Source: Candidatus Thorarchaeota archaeon (GTDB taxonomy: Archaea > Asgardarchaeota > Thorarchaeia > Thorarchaeales > Thorarchaeaceae). Taken from it: DNA of 64,000 nt. Location: NCBI GenBank assembly GCA_046758445.1, contig JBHIAE010000007.1, forward strand, positions 27,031-91,030, written 5' to 3'. The stretch's first letter is position 1, and each line of letters starts with the position of its first letter. The notes beneath the pieces were generated by a model. The model searched no databases. It saw only the letters and a list, made by a program, of their open reading frames with translations, and was not told where the DNA came from. The position numbers were made by a program, and so were the translations under genes. This document shows, one piece after another, positions 27,741 to 36,778 of this stretch.

Positions 27741-29756
27741 ATGGCCTATACGGTTTACACATCTACCATAGGACCACTGAGGTGTATCCTTCTGAGAGAG
27801 CTTTACCTAGCAGGAATCTTGGCAATCGCATTGTCAGCTCTATTGTCACTCACAAGTGCAACGAACGTTGGTGCAGAGGAGCAACCCGTTCTTATCAGAG
27901 GAGAAATAGTACCAATCAACGCAAGACTACTCCAGAATGGATCCTATGGTGACCCTGTACCTGAACAACAGCTAGATTTCTATGATCAATCACAGAATTC
28001 ATTCATAGAATCTGCAACAACTGACATCAATGGATGGGCGGCAGTATACTGGAATCTTACATCAAATCATCCTCTGGGCCCCACACTACTAAATGTGACC
28101 TTCGATGGCAATGATACGCTCTCTCTTGCTCCGTCATGTCAATGGATGACCGTCATGGTTGTTTCCAATACTCAGATGAGTGTGCTTTGCAATCAGTCAA
28201 CCTTTCATCCCGAAGATCAGATTCTTTTCACAGTTGGCATAATAGACGACCACAATAAGGCCATCACCGATGCAGTGATAGCTGTCTATCACGATCAGTT
28301 CCAACTTGCAGTTGGTATTACAAATGATAGTGGCTATGCGAGTTTCAACATTGAGTGCAATATGTCTTGGGGCTCGTATGGTAAGAACAGACTCAGAGTT
28401 GTCTACGAACCCGCAGTGACAAGTTTTCACAATATGTCTGAGCATCTCTTCGAGATTGACATAGAGCAAATTCCAACAGCCATCCGTCTGGAAGACTCCA
28501 ACGGGACTCAGTTCGAGCTGAACGAGCTTTTCTGGTTGAAGTTGACTGTAAATGCCGCAGGTGAAAACCCTCAGAATGCTACATTGGACACCCTTATTGA
28601 TGGAGAATTCGTCGGCACCATCACAGCTGACATACAGGGAGTTTCTGAGCTTTACATACCCATTGATACTCAACTAGACTTGGGTCCACACAAGGTAAGA
28701 GTACAGTACAATGGGACAGAACGCTATTCCTTCTCCTTCCTTGAAATCGACATAACTGTACTTAGTCCTGCATTATTACACATCATGCTTCCGGAGCACA
28801 TAGTCATTGGATCTAGTTCCGAAATCCAGATGCAAATCCATGATTTGCTTGGAAGGCCAATTCCAGATGCTACTATCACACTTAGCGATCAAACAACAGA
28901 CCGAACCATGAGTCTGCTAGTACCAACCGACCACACCACCGTCCAATTTGAGTTCCTCTTCACAGGCTCTGTGGGCATCAGGAGTCTATTGGTCGCAATC
29001 TCAGGAAACCCCTACCTGACAAACACAAGCTGGACACACTGGGCGACTGTATGGCTAAGACCAACTATTTCGATTATCCAAAGCAACACCCGCGGCTATG
29101 CCTCTCCAACACAACAACTTTCCTTTCACATTCAACTGAATTCAACGGAAGGCAGTCTTCCTTTTCGGTCGATTGAATGTGGCTTTGACGAAACAGTCCT
29201 AGTATCATCCGTTACAGATTCAGAAGGGCTTGCAAACATGACATTGTACGCGCCCGAAGTTATCGGACACTATACTCTGTTTCTCAAGACCAATGGTAGC
29301 CCATCCTCTTATGAACTACCAGTGAAATTCAAGTCTGTGCTTGTGGTGAGTACCTTGATACCTGTAGACGTCAATCTGAGCCACTACCACATCAATCCCG
29401 CACTAAGGGAACTTCGGGTTCATCTAACTCTGCAATGCCTAAATGGCACAACACTCAACGGCATATCAATACTCTATGAATGGTTGACTCATAGTGGATC
29501 TGCCACAAGCACCCATTCTGGCCACATCGAGCTTGTTCTTCCTCTGCCTGCTAACGCAGGTATTTACAATCTGTACTACGAAATCAAAGGCACCTCTTCT
29601 CTACAACCGTCTACGGGAAACATCTCTATCACTGTATCAGAAACAGAGGTATTGGCATCGCAAGGAGTTGGGATTCCAGGTCTAGTATTGAGTCTGTGTA
29701 TTTCAATTGGCCTCCTCGGGATACCAGTATTGCATCGAAGATACCTGATTGGCTAG
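27741..29756 (+). CDS. Cell-surface Ig-like repeat glycoprotein with C-terminal TM anchor
   Basis: Signal-like hydrophobic N-terminus, repeated T(D/N)..G.A beta-rich units, many N-x-S/T sequons, C-terminal TM followed by HRR. Confidence 0.75.
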   Translation: MAYTVYTSTIGPLRCILLRELYLAGILAIALSALLSLTSATNVGAEEQPVLIRGEIVPINARLLQNGSYGDPVPEQQLDFYDQSQNSFIESATTDINGWAAVYWNLTSNHPLGPTLLNVTFDGNDTLSLAPSCQWMTVMVVSNTQMSVLCNQSTFHPEDQILFTVGIIDDHNKAITDAVIAVYHDQFQLAVGITNDSGYASFNIECNMSWGSYGKNRLRVVYEPAVTSFHNMSEHLFEIDIEQIPTAIRLEDSNGTQFELNELFWLKLTVNAAGENPQNATLDTLIDGEFVGTITADIQGVSELYIPIDTQLDLGPHKVRVQYNGTERYSFSFLEIDITVLSPALLHIMLPEHIVIGSSSEIQMQIHDLLGRPIPDATITLSDQTTDRTMSLLVPTDHTTVQFEFLFTGSVGIRSLLVAISGNPYLTNTSWTHWATVWLRPTISIIQSNTRGYASPTQQLSFHIQLNSTEGSLPFRSIECGFDETVLVSSVTDSEGLANMTLYAPEVIGHYTLFLKTNGSPSSYELPVKFKSVLVVSTLIPVDVNLSHYHINPALRELRVHLTLQCLNGTTLNGISILYEWLTHSGSATSTHSGHIELVLPLPANAGIYNLYYEIKGTSSLQPSTGNISITVSETEVLASQGVGIPGLVLSLCISIGLLGIPVLHRRYLIG

Positions 29757-29766
29757 AAGATTCGAA

Positions 29767-29877
29767 TGGTGCTCCGGCCGGGATTCGAACCCGGGTCGGG
29801 GGATCGAGAGTCCCCCATGCTGGGCCGGACTACACACGGCAATACCATGATGATTCTCATAGTACATCTACCGGAGC
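29767..29877 (-). tRNA. tRNA-Glu(CTC) with a 33-nt intron at position 10/11 (29835-29867)
   Basis: Acceptor GCTCCGG/CCGGAGC+ACCA, anticodon arm GGGGA-CTCTCGA-TCCCC, T arm CCGGG-TTCGAAT-CCCGG; insertion forms a hairpin with BHB-like junctions. Confidence 0.9.
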
Positions 29878-29983
29878 TTATGGGCACCAGTCCGGAGCGG
29901 GAGTGCTCCCTCAAGACCACAAATAAGGCTTTCTCCACAAAGAAGGCCATTTGAAACAGTAGAATAGCATTGGTTGAGTGGCA

Positions 29984-30184
29984 CTAGGGAAAGAGACTTG
30001 TGAAACTGCTCCAGCTATCCTCTAAGAGTTTCAGAAGACTTCCGACAATGTCTTGTGCCCACCCCGTCGCCTGTAGGATAACCGCAATCACTATCGAAAC
30101 AGTGACCACTGCAAGACCCAAGAGGAGACTCTCTTCTACCAAGGGGCCACCAGATTCATCCACGATGAGGTCTTTCTTCACCAT
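29984..30184 (-). CDS. Flp/type IV pilin-like protein
   Basis: Class III signal-like DESG/GPLVEE followed by a hydrophobic helix; directly downstream of a CpaF-like ATPase. Confidence 0.65.
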   Translation of the reverse strand: MVKKDLIVDESGGPLVEESLLLGLAVVTVSIVIAVILQATGWAQDIVGSLLKLLEDSWSSFTSLFP

Positions 30185-30256
30185 TGACAGGTCCACCTGA
30201 ACTGATGTCTATGAAACAGTATTTTAAGTGCCCCAAAACATGACACCAACGAGTTC

Positions 30257-31954
30257 TTAGACTCCCAAGAATCGCATCGGATGCCCTCGTTCCCATAGTC
30301 GATCACCTAATGGAAGCTTTGCGTTTCCAAGAGATGAATCCATTTCCTCTCTTATGCATCCAACAATAGCCTCGAACGCGGGAACATGGCTATCAAGTCC
30401 CACCTCGCGTGAATGGAACAAAAAGGCACCATCGTCCGACCATTTCACTTCGTTTGAACTACGACAACTGTACACTGTATGTAATCCAAAGAACCTGAGA
30501 AACCCGTCGATAATCGCCTTTCGGACTTCAACGATGCTACTCACTCTGCGATACGATTTACCAGGTATTGGCCTCTCCATGGTGACAATCAAATCCATAA
30601 GCGCCATGCTCGTTGCTTCTATCCTATGTCCAGCCGTCCAGCGAGATACAAGACTTGCCGCTGAGTAGCTATGGCATGTCTGCATAGTCCTGAGCCCAGC
30701 AGCGATGGCTTGGAAGAGAGCTTCACTGTGCTCTCTTGTCTGTATCTCACCGAGGATTAGATAGTCCGGTGAGCGGTGGAGGCTTTTCACTATCTCTGCC
30801 GTCTTATCGAATCTCTTACTTGTTTCATCTACGGGATCTACACGGATACGCACTTGGTGGTGGTCACTTACAAATCTGCTCTCAATTGCGTCCTCGATGT
30901 AGACCTTTCTCCACATTGAAGGGGTGCTCATATCGAGGGCGTTCAACAGTGTTGTCTTCCCTGTCCCTGGACCACCAGTTATTGTTATGTTAAATCTGGA
31001 ACCAACCGCCAATAGGAGAATCGCCGCTGCCTCTGAACCAAGAGTTTCATTTCGTATCAAGTCCAAGATAGAGAATGGGGACTTCTTCGCCCGACGAATC
31101 TCAAGATGCACTCCATCGTGGCTAAGTGGTGGAATACTTATGGCCAAGCGCAATGCTACATCAAAGAGCCTGAGGTCAGTTTTGAGCGAAGGGTTTCTTC
31201 TATCTAGACTGAGATTGCTCTCTGCCCTTATGAGGGTCACAAGCCGTTCCACGTCGTTGTGCCGTAGTTTGAAGCTTGATTGACATCGACCAAAGCGTCT
31301 ATGGTCAAAATAAGCATGGGTTCCGGGTCTGTCCACGTAGACCTCCTCAATCTCATCATCCAGCAAGAGTGGAAGAAGTGGCCCCAATACGGAAGTTCGC
31401 CCAGCCACAGCATCAGATATCCTCGTTCTCGTCATGTCACTGATCTCCGGAAACGTTTCCATGATACTGTCAGAAACACAATGAGACACGCGTCGAAGTC
31501 TATCTGACAGCTCCACTCTGTTACCAGGCAGACTCTGCGTCTGTCTATGTGTGTTGTCGCTAAGCTCATTCAAAAGCTCATATTCTAGAGGACTCTTGAC
31601 AAGAGGGTGCGTTTGATGAAGGAAACCGTTCTCATTCGCGTCATTATAGAAGAGACTGAGATAAGAACCAACAACATACACTTCAACCAGGCTCTTCTCT
31701 GAATCAAGAAGCTTGGTATAGTCGTGTACGTAGACTGACTCCCAACAGTCGGAGTGCCACGGTGGCTCAACTGGAAACGAATCTGCTAGATTCCCAATAT
31801 GAATGAGATTCCTATCTGGTTCAAGTATGACGGCTCGAGAGAAACTATCATCTCTGAGGAAGACGAGCTTCGAACATCTAGACAATGTGAAGTCTGGACA
31901 CTCTTTGCATCTATCTCTTGGACATCTAAAGACAAACACATCACGTTTCGACAT
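30257..31954 (-). CDS. Type II/IV secretion system ATPase (CpaF/TadA/VirB11 family)
   Basis: LLLDDEIEEVY, IPPLS..G..LEIRR, Walker A GGPGTGKTTLLNAL, IEDAIE Asp box, LHRSPDYLILGEI, TCH His box. Confidence 0.9.
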   Translation of the reverse strand: MSKRDVFVFRCPRDRCKECPDFTLSRCSKLVFLRDDSFSRAVILEPDRNLIHIGNLADSFPVEPPWHSDCWESVYVHDYTKLLDSEKSLVEVYVVGSYLSLFYNDANENGFLHQTHPLVKSPLEYELLNELSDNTHRQTQSLPGNRVELSDRLRRVSHCVSDSIMETFPEISDMTRTRISDAVAGRTSVLGPLLPLLLDDEIEEVYVDRPGTHAYFDHRRFGRCQSSFKLRHNDVERLVTLIRAESNLSLDRRNPSLKTDLRLFDVALRLAISIPPLSHDGVHLEIRRAKKSPFSILDLIRNETLGSEAAAILLLAVGSRFNITITGGPGTGKTTLLNALDMSTPSMWRKVYIEDAIESRFVSDHHQVRIRVDPVDETSKRFDKTAEIVKSLHRSPDYLILGEIQTREHSEALFQAIAAGLRTMQTCHSYSAASLVSRWTAGHRIEATSMALMDLIVTMERPIPGKSYRRVSSIVEVRKAIIDGFLRFFGLHTVYSCRSSNEVKWSDDGAFLFHSREVGLDSHVPAFEAIVGCIREEMDSSLGNAKLPLGDRLWERGHPMRFLGV

Positions 31955-32003
31955 TCACTCTCAGCTCTTTCAGTAAGTTCAGATATGATTAACAAGCCAA
32001 GGC

Positions 32004-33062
32004 CTAACCAGGTCCACTAAGTAACACGATTTCTTTCTTCATCATGCCGAAGTGATCACGTATACTATACTCAGCCACTTCTGTTGCTCTGGATGTAAGC
32101 TTCTGAGTGAGCACAGAACGTTTACCATTCTCATCAGCAATCAATCGATCACTGGCATAAGCCGCAGAAACTGTGAATATAAACGGGTTCCGACCCCCTC
32201 TTCTTGAAGGTGGTATCATCCCGAGAACCTCAAGCATCTTGTCTCTGAGTGCATTTTCATAGTTTCTCAAGTCCCAGCCGCGAGTCTTCACCTTCCTGAC
32301 GACTCTCTCACTATTCATTAACATCGACAGAACTCTTGGCACATAGTCCTCTGGACGACGAATCTCAGGAGCAAAACCTGTCAGCGATTTGAGTCTCAAC
32401 GCTTCTCTTACTATAGCCCTAACATTTACACGGTGACCACACCTTTCAAAGGTATTAGCTATTTCGTCCAAGGTTATCGGAGCACCTTCTCTGAACTCAC
32501 GAACAGCCATAAGCAGGCATACCGCAATGAGCAGGATATTGTTAGTGATTTTTCTGGAGGCCTCTGTGACTATCTTCTTGTATAGGTATGCAGTGCGATC
32601 TCGCACTTGTTCACTCAACATAAGCAGTTTTGAAACGTGATTGAGTGTCCTGAGAGCCCTGTATTTTGCTTCATTCCTGCCTATCCTAATTCGTGTGCTA
32701 TAGATCGTCTTTAGACGCTTGAACTTCTTCTGTGATCTGGCTGACAGAGTGTGACCCTGTGCATCTTGAAAGTATCTCTCTTTGTGAAAACCAATATAGC
32801 TTCCAAGCCCATCTACAATATGCATGCGATTGCCTAGAGACACATAGACAGTTGCTTCGGGCTTGTTGGTAGACTGTTCCTCACCCATTTGGTAAGTGGG
32901 TAGGACATACTCTCTGGAAACAACCAGACCACATTTTGCACATACTATGTAACCCTGGTTTACCACTAGCAAACCCGAACAGTCAGGACAAGACCAGGAC
33001 GAGTTCTGAATAGCCTCGAATGCTTCATCAATCAAAGACCACACCCAATCAGAAGACATCAC
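32004..33062 (-). CDS. tfb: Transcription initiation factor IIB paralog (divergent TFB)
   Basis: CPDC..CAKCGLV Zn ribbon, two cyclin repeats, GRNP..AAY, TQK....EVAEYSIR. Confidence 0.8.
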   Translation of the reverse strand: MMSSDWVWSLIDEAFEAIQNSSWSCPDCSGLLVVNQGYIVCAKCGLVVSREYVLPTYQMGEEQSTNKPEATVYVSLGNRMHIVDGLGSYIGFHKERYFQDAQGHTLSARSQKKFKRLKTIYSTRIRIGRNEAKYRALRTLNHVSKLLMLSEQVRDRTAYLYKKIVTEASRKITNNILLIAVCLLMAVREFREGAPITLDEIANTFERCGHRVNVRAIVREALRLKSLTGFAPEIRRPEDYVPRVLSMLMNSERVVRKVKTRGWDLRNYENALRDKMLEVLGMIPPSRRGGRNPFIFTVSAAYASDRLIADENGKRSVLTQKLTSRATEVAEYSIRDHFGMMKKEIVLLSGPG

Positions 33063-33281
33063 AGATTTCCTAACTAGACTTTAGGCAGGTGTCAATACAT
33101 TCTGTAGGAAACAGTATTCACTTCAATGAACCCTCAATCGGCCAGAATGGACATATGCAGCCCTGACTGACAGAAAGAGGGATTGCCGAAACTATTCACT
33201 TCGGCAGTGAAAGAGGGGCCGAATACTCTCCGGGGAGTCATGAATTTAAGGGTGAGAAGTTGAAAGACGGACTGACATTCC

Positions 33282-34211
33282 ATGAACAAATACGCGATTA
33301 CACTGATTGTCTTGGCTTGTGTAACATCAGTCATTAGATTTGGTCACGTCTATCCGGACAGTCAAGTGTATCTTGACTACATCGAGTACTTCGATGGAGA
33401 AGGAGGCATCGAAGATGTTCGTGCACCTTTCGCCTTAAGACCAATAATACCATTTGTGGTGTCCCTACTGAACGGCTTGGGCGACTCTTTCCTAATACTC
33501 TCTACTTTGAATGTACTCTTTGTCTGTCTGATAGGTCTTGGAATCCATAGGTATGTGAGAGGCTATTCCATAGATGATAGGCCTGCTTTCTATGCTGCTG
33601 CTGTCTGTACGGCATCATTTCCCGCGGCATTCTATGGGGCCGTACCTCTCGTTGATGCACTTGCTGTACTCGTGATGGTGGCCATTGTCATAGGAATGAT
33701 AGAAGGACTGGGTGATTGGTTTGCAATGACAATGCTTCTTTTCGGTGTCATTGTAAAGGAAGTAGTTCTCTTCATCGGGCTGTATTACGTACTAAGAGAG
33801 GGGGTAAAGAAACTCTGGGTACTTGTGCCAGCCTCAATATTACACCTCGCACTCAGATTTCTGATATTCGGCGAGTTATCGAACACGCTTAGGTTCAATC
33901 TCAATATATTCGACAGACCGTTTGAAGTTGTAGGAGGAATCGGAATCACATTTGTATTGCCATTGACAATTCTCTTGATCAGGATAAGAAACGACAAATG
34001 TCACCATTGGAAGGCAATAAGCAAGGACACACTTCTTGGAATCCTAGCACTTCTTCCATTGGTCTTCTTGGGTCTGTTCTTTGCCTACTTTGATGCTAGG
34101 TTCCTCTGGCCTCTATATTTGCCACTAGCTCCAATGGTTGCCTGCTCACTTACCACTGACACCGTGGTGTCCTCTCTCGATTCACCACAACAATCCAAAG
34201 AAAGACCATAG
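33282..34211 (+). CDS. Multi-pass membrane protein, GT-C glycosyltransferase-like
   Basis: About 9 TM segments, PDS..Y in the first loop, PF..R, KE motif, ARF near the C-terminus. Confidence 0.55.
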   Translation: MNKYAITLIVLACVTSVIRFGHVYPDSQVYLDYIEYFDGEGGIEDVRAPFALRPIIPFVVSLLNGLGDSFLILSTLNVLFVCLIGLGIHRYVRGYSIDDRPAFYAAAVCTASFPAAFYGAVPLVDALAVLVMVAIVIGMIEGLGDWFAMTMLLFGVIVKEVVLFIGLYYVLREGVKKLWVLVPASILHLALRFLIFGELSNTLRFNLNIFDRPFEVVGGIGITFVLPLTILLIRIRNDKCHHWKAISKDTLLGILALLPLVFLGLFFAYFDARFLWPLYLPLAPMVACSLTTDTVVSSLDSPQQSKERP

Positions 34212-34240
34212 AATCTCAGGCTAACCAAAGCTGTCGGTAG

Positions 34241-34606
34241 TCATATGATGGCTAAGAAGAACTTGTCCGTACCGAATGTGTTTCTTTGAGACGTACTCGG
34301 CTTACTCAGAGTAAGAACCAGTCTTAGACCTCCAATAGTGCCTACGATTTCCATGCCGCTATCCTCGTTGATACGGAAGACCTTCCCTTCTGCGTATAGC
34401 TTCGCATTTGCTCCCCTTGAGATTGGCTTGGAATCTATGACCATGGAAACAGCATCCTTTGGTTTCATCTGTTCACTGAGAACTTCTGGAAGCTCCAGTA
34501 CGACTCTAGCCCTTTCTTCCTTACATACCATCTTCAAGAGCTTCAGTTTCCTTGTTTCAGTGTCCTCAATAGACTCGACGATGGCATTCTTCAGCCTTAC
34601 TACCAT
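34241..34606 (-). CDS. rpo8: RNA polymerase subunit Rpo8 (RpoG/RPB8-like OB fold)
   Basis: V.SIE start, YAEGKVFRI and TIGGLRLVL resemble RPB8 YVMYGKVYRI / SYGGLLMRL; size 121 aa. Confidence 0.65.
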   Translation of the reverse strand: MVVRLKNAIVESIEDTETRKLKLLKMVCKEERARVVLELPEVLSEQMKPKDAVSMVIDSKPISRGANAKLYAEGKVFRINEDSGMEIVGTIGGLRLVLTLSKPSTSQRNTFGTDKFFLAII

Positions 34607-34678
34607 AATACTCAGACACTCCGGTTCCTCAAGGGCAGAGGGCGCTCAGTCTTGAATTAAAGTTGTCGCTGTAATCGT

Positions 34679-36778
34679 GTGCCGTTTTTTAGGGAAAACG
34701 AACACCAACCTTCGGTGTGTCAATTGAGTAAAGGAGCAATGGTCGCGGTCGTAGCTTCTATGGTTGTCCTGCTGTACCTGATTACGCCTGTTTCAGCCTA
34801 CTACTTCGAGTTTGACTACTTTGAAACAGACAAGCTAGTATACGAGGTCGGGGAAACAATCCATATGGTTGCCAAGCTAACTGCAGACTTCAGCGACCAA
34901 GGATGGTGCTACGTTTCTTTTGCAGTCACGACCAACCAAGGTCCTGTGTTTGGGAATAGTTACTTCATTCCGCCGTCAAACGAAGCGCGTTTCTTCAACT
35001 CGTCCTATACAATCCTGTCTCAGGACACCTCCCCCGGAGTTGCAGGCACGCAGGCCTACGTCATGTTCAGCACAGAGATCTATGACTCATACTCTCAAGG
35101 GGACGGTGACACAATCCAGGTCAATGTCACAAGAGGACGCCTGAAGGTCACTCCACTCTCATCGCTCAGTCTAGAGTTTGATACAAACAGTACTTTGATC
35201 TTCAAGGTAGCATCGATACATAATGACATCATTGTATACACAGACTCTCCAGTATCAATATCACTACTCGACTCTTCTCTGACAGAGCTGCTTCAAGATA
35301 ACACCACAACCTCTTCTGATGGCTTGGTCCATTTCAGCTGGAACTCTTCAACGACTCTTCCAGGTGAATACACAGTGATGATATCAAGCAACGGAACCGA
35401 AGACTTCACTTCCTTCTCTCAGTCATTTCCACTTACAATAACACAGCCATCCTCTAATCTGACAGTGATTTCCTCACCCTCCTCGGTGCATTGTCAAACT
35501 CATGATGGGAGTCAGACAGAGTCCGTCGACATCCTTGTAGAGCATAAGACCAGAGATGGACAACCCATATCAAATAGCACAATCCAATGGGAAACTGCGT
35601 TCTCAGCCGGTACAATGATCAACATTGGCTCCGGACTGTACAACGTGTCAATCCCTTTTGAAACTAGACCTGGGCGTTATCATGTCAACTTGACTGCGAC
35701 CAATCCCTTCTACGGAACAGAGTCAGAAATAATTGAGATCGAGGCCAATCCGTATTCCCTAAGTCTTCTCTGGGCAAATTCAACATGGGATGTAGTACGT
35801 GGCACCAATGCTTCTGTTGGCTTCAATGTCAATTCCACTTCGTTATTGAATCAATCCATTCCAGTGAGCATTGGCGACTCAAGTGGCCAGCTTGTCGCAT
35901 ATGCTTCCATCGAGGTCAACACATACTCGCAGATTGACTTGGTCGTCAGCCACAACGTTTCACTTGGTCCACATACGGTTACATTACATATCGAACAACC
36001 CTCATACCAGTTCAACGAACCTGCTGAATTCGAACTGTTGGTTACTGGCATTATGGATGCCAGTTGCGAGGTGGGGATGGCCTACTATGCAGAAGAGATG
36101 GACATAGTTCTGAATGCCACTGATGATGCCAATCAGTCAGTAAGCATGATACATCTCCGTGTGTGGATTGACAATCTGACCAATCCTACAGCTCTCATAG
36201 AGGATGCAAACGTCACAGTTCCAGTACAGGTTTCTCTGCCGCTATCAATTCTCCCAGGTTCACATCAGGTGATCTTGCAGGCTAGTAGTCCCTGGTGTGG
36301 AACGACCAACATCTCAATGTCAATAGTAGTTTGGATGCGCACCAGCATCACTATCATACTAGGAGAGAACCATCAAGCTCCACAAGGATCAGGAGATGGT
36401 CAACCATTACAGACCACCCAATCTCAATCAGCGATCCTACCAACAATCTCATCTGGCTCTATCATTAGGCCGCCTCCTATCTTGGACAACGATTCAACAC
36501 GCACAGAACCACCCACTGCCCTCGAAACCTCTCGGGATAGCTGGCCTAGGCTGAGCTCAGGCACCAATAATGAACCGACGGACTTCGCGAATTGTGCCAC
36601 TTCATCATCTGGGAATGGCCAGAGCGTTCTCAATCTGAGGGATCTGACACTCACATCAGAGCTGTTTGTAATGACTTCCTCAACTGATCTTGAGGTACAT
36701 CCGTATGAAACAATTCCCCAATCAGCCCGTCGGGGTCCAGTCACTACCACATCAGTCAGGAGTTTCCGTTCATCCTGA
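34679..36778 (+). CDS. Secreted Ig-like repeat glycoprotein; last ~118 codons overlap the korA-like gene antisense
   Basis: Signal peptide ending VSA, TDKLVY.VGE motif, many N-x-S/T sequons. Confidence 0.72.
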   Translation: MPFFRENEHQPSVCQLSKGAMVAVVASMVVLLYLITPVSAYYFEFDYFETDKLVYEVGETIHMVAKLTADFSDQGWCYVSFAVTTNQGPVFGNSYFIPPSNEARFFNSSYTILSQDTSPGVAGTQAYVMFSTEIYDSYSQGDGDTIQVNVTRGRLKVTPLSSLSLEFDTNSTLIFKVASIHNDIIVYTDSPVSISLLDSSLTELLQDNTTTSSDGLVHFSWNSSTTLPGEYTVMISSNGTEDFTSFSQSFPLTITQPSSNLTVISSPSSVHCQTHDGSQTESVDILVEHKTRDGQPISNSTIQWETAFSAGTMINIGSGLYNVSIPFETRPGRYHVNLTATNPFYGTESEIIEIEANPYSLSLLWANSTWDVVRGTNASVGFNVNSTSLLNQSIPVSIGDSSGQLVAYASIEVNTYSQIDLVVSHNVSLGPHTVTLHIEQPSYQFNEPAEFELLVTGIMDASCEVGMAYYAEEMDIVLNATDDANQSVSMIHLRVWIDNLTNPTALIEDANVTVPVQVSLPLSILPGSHQVILQASSPWCGTTNISMSIVVWMRTSITIILGENHQAPQGSGDGQPLQTTQSQSAILPTISSGSIIRPPPILDNDSTRTEPPTALETSRDSWPRLSSGTNNEPTDFANCATSSSGNGQSVLNLRDLTLTSELFVMTSSTDLEVHPYETIPQSARRGPVTTTSVRSFRSS

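Noticed and set aside
28313-28325. GGTATTACAAAT as another centromere-like site
   Set aside because: Intragenic, two mismatches to the 11-mer and no tandem second unit
29892-29898. Second CCGGAGC copy upstream of tRNA-Glu suggesting a permuted or split tRNA
   Set aside because: Only 7 bp; the intron model already yields a complete cloverleaf
29696-29954. Short ORFs over tRNA-Glu (likewise 48974-49244 over tRNA-Pro)
   Set aside because: Explained by the tRNA genes
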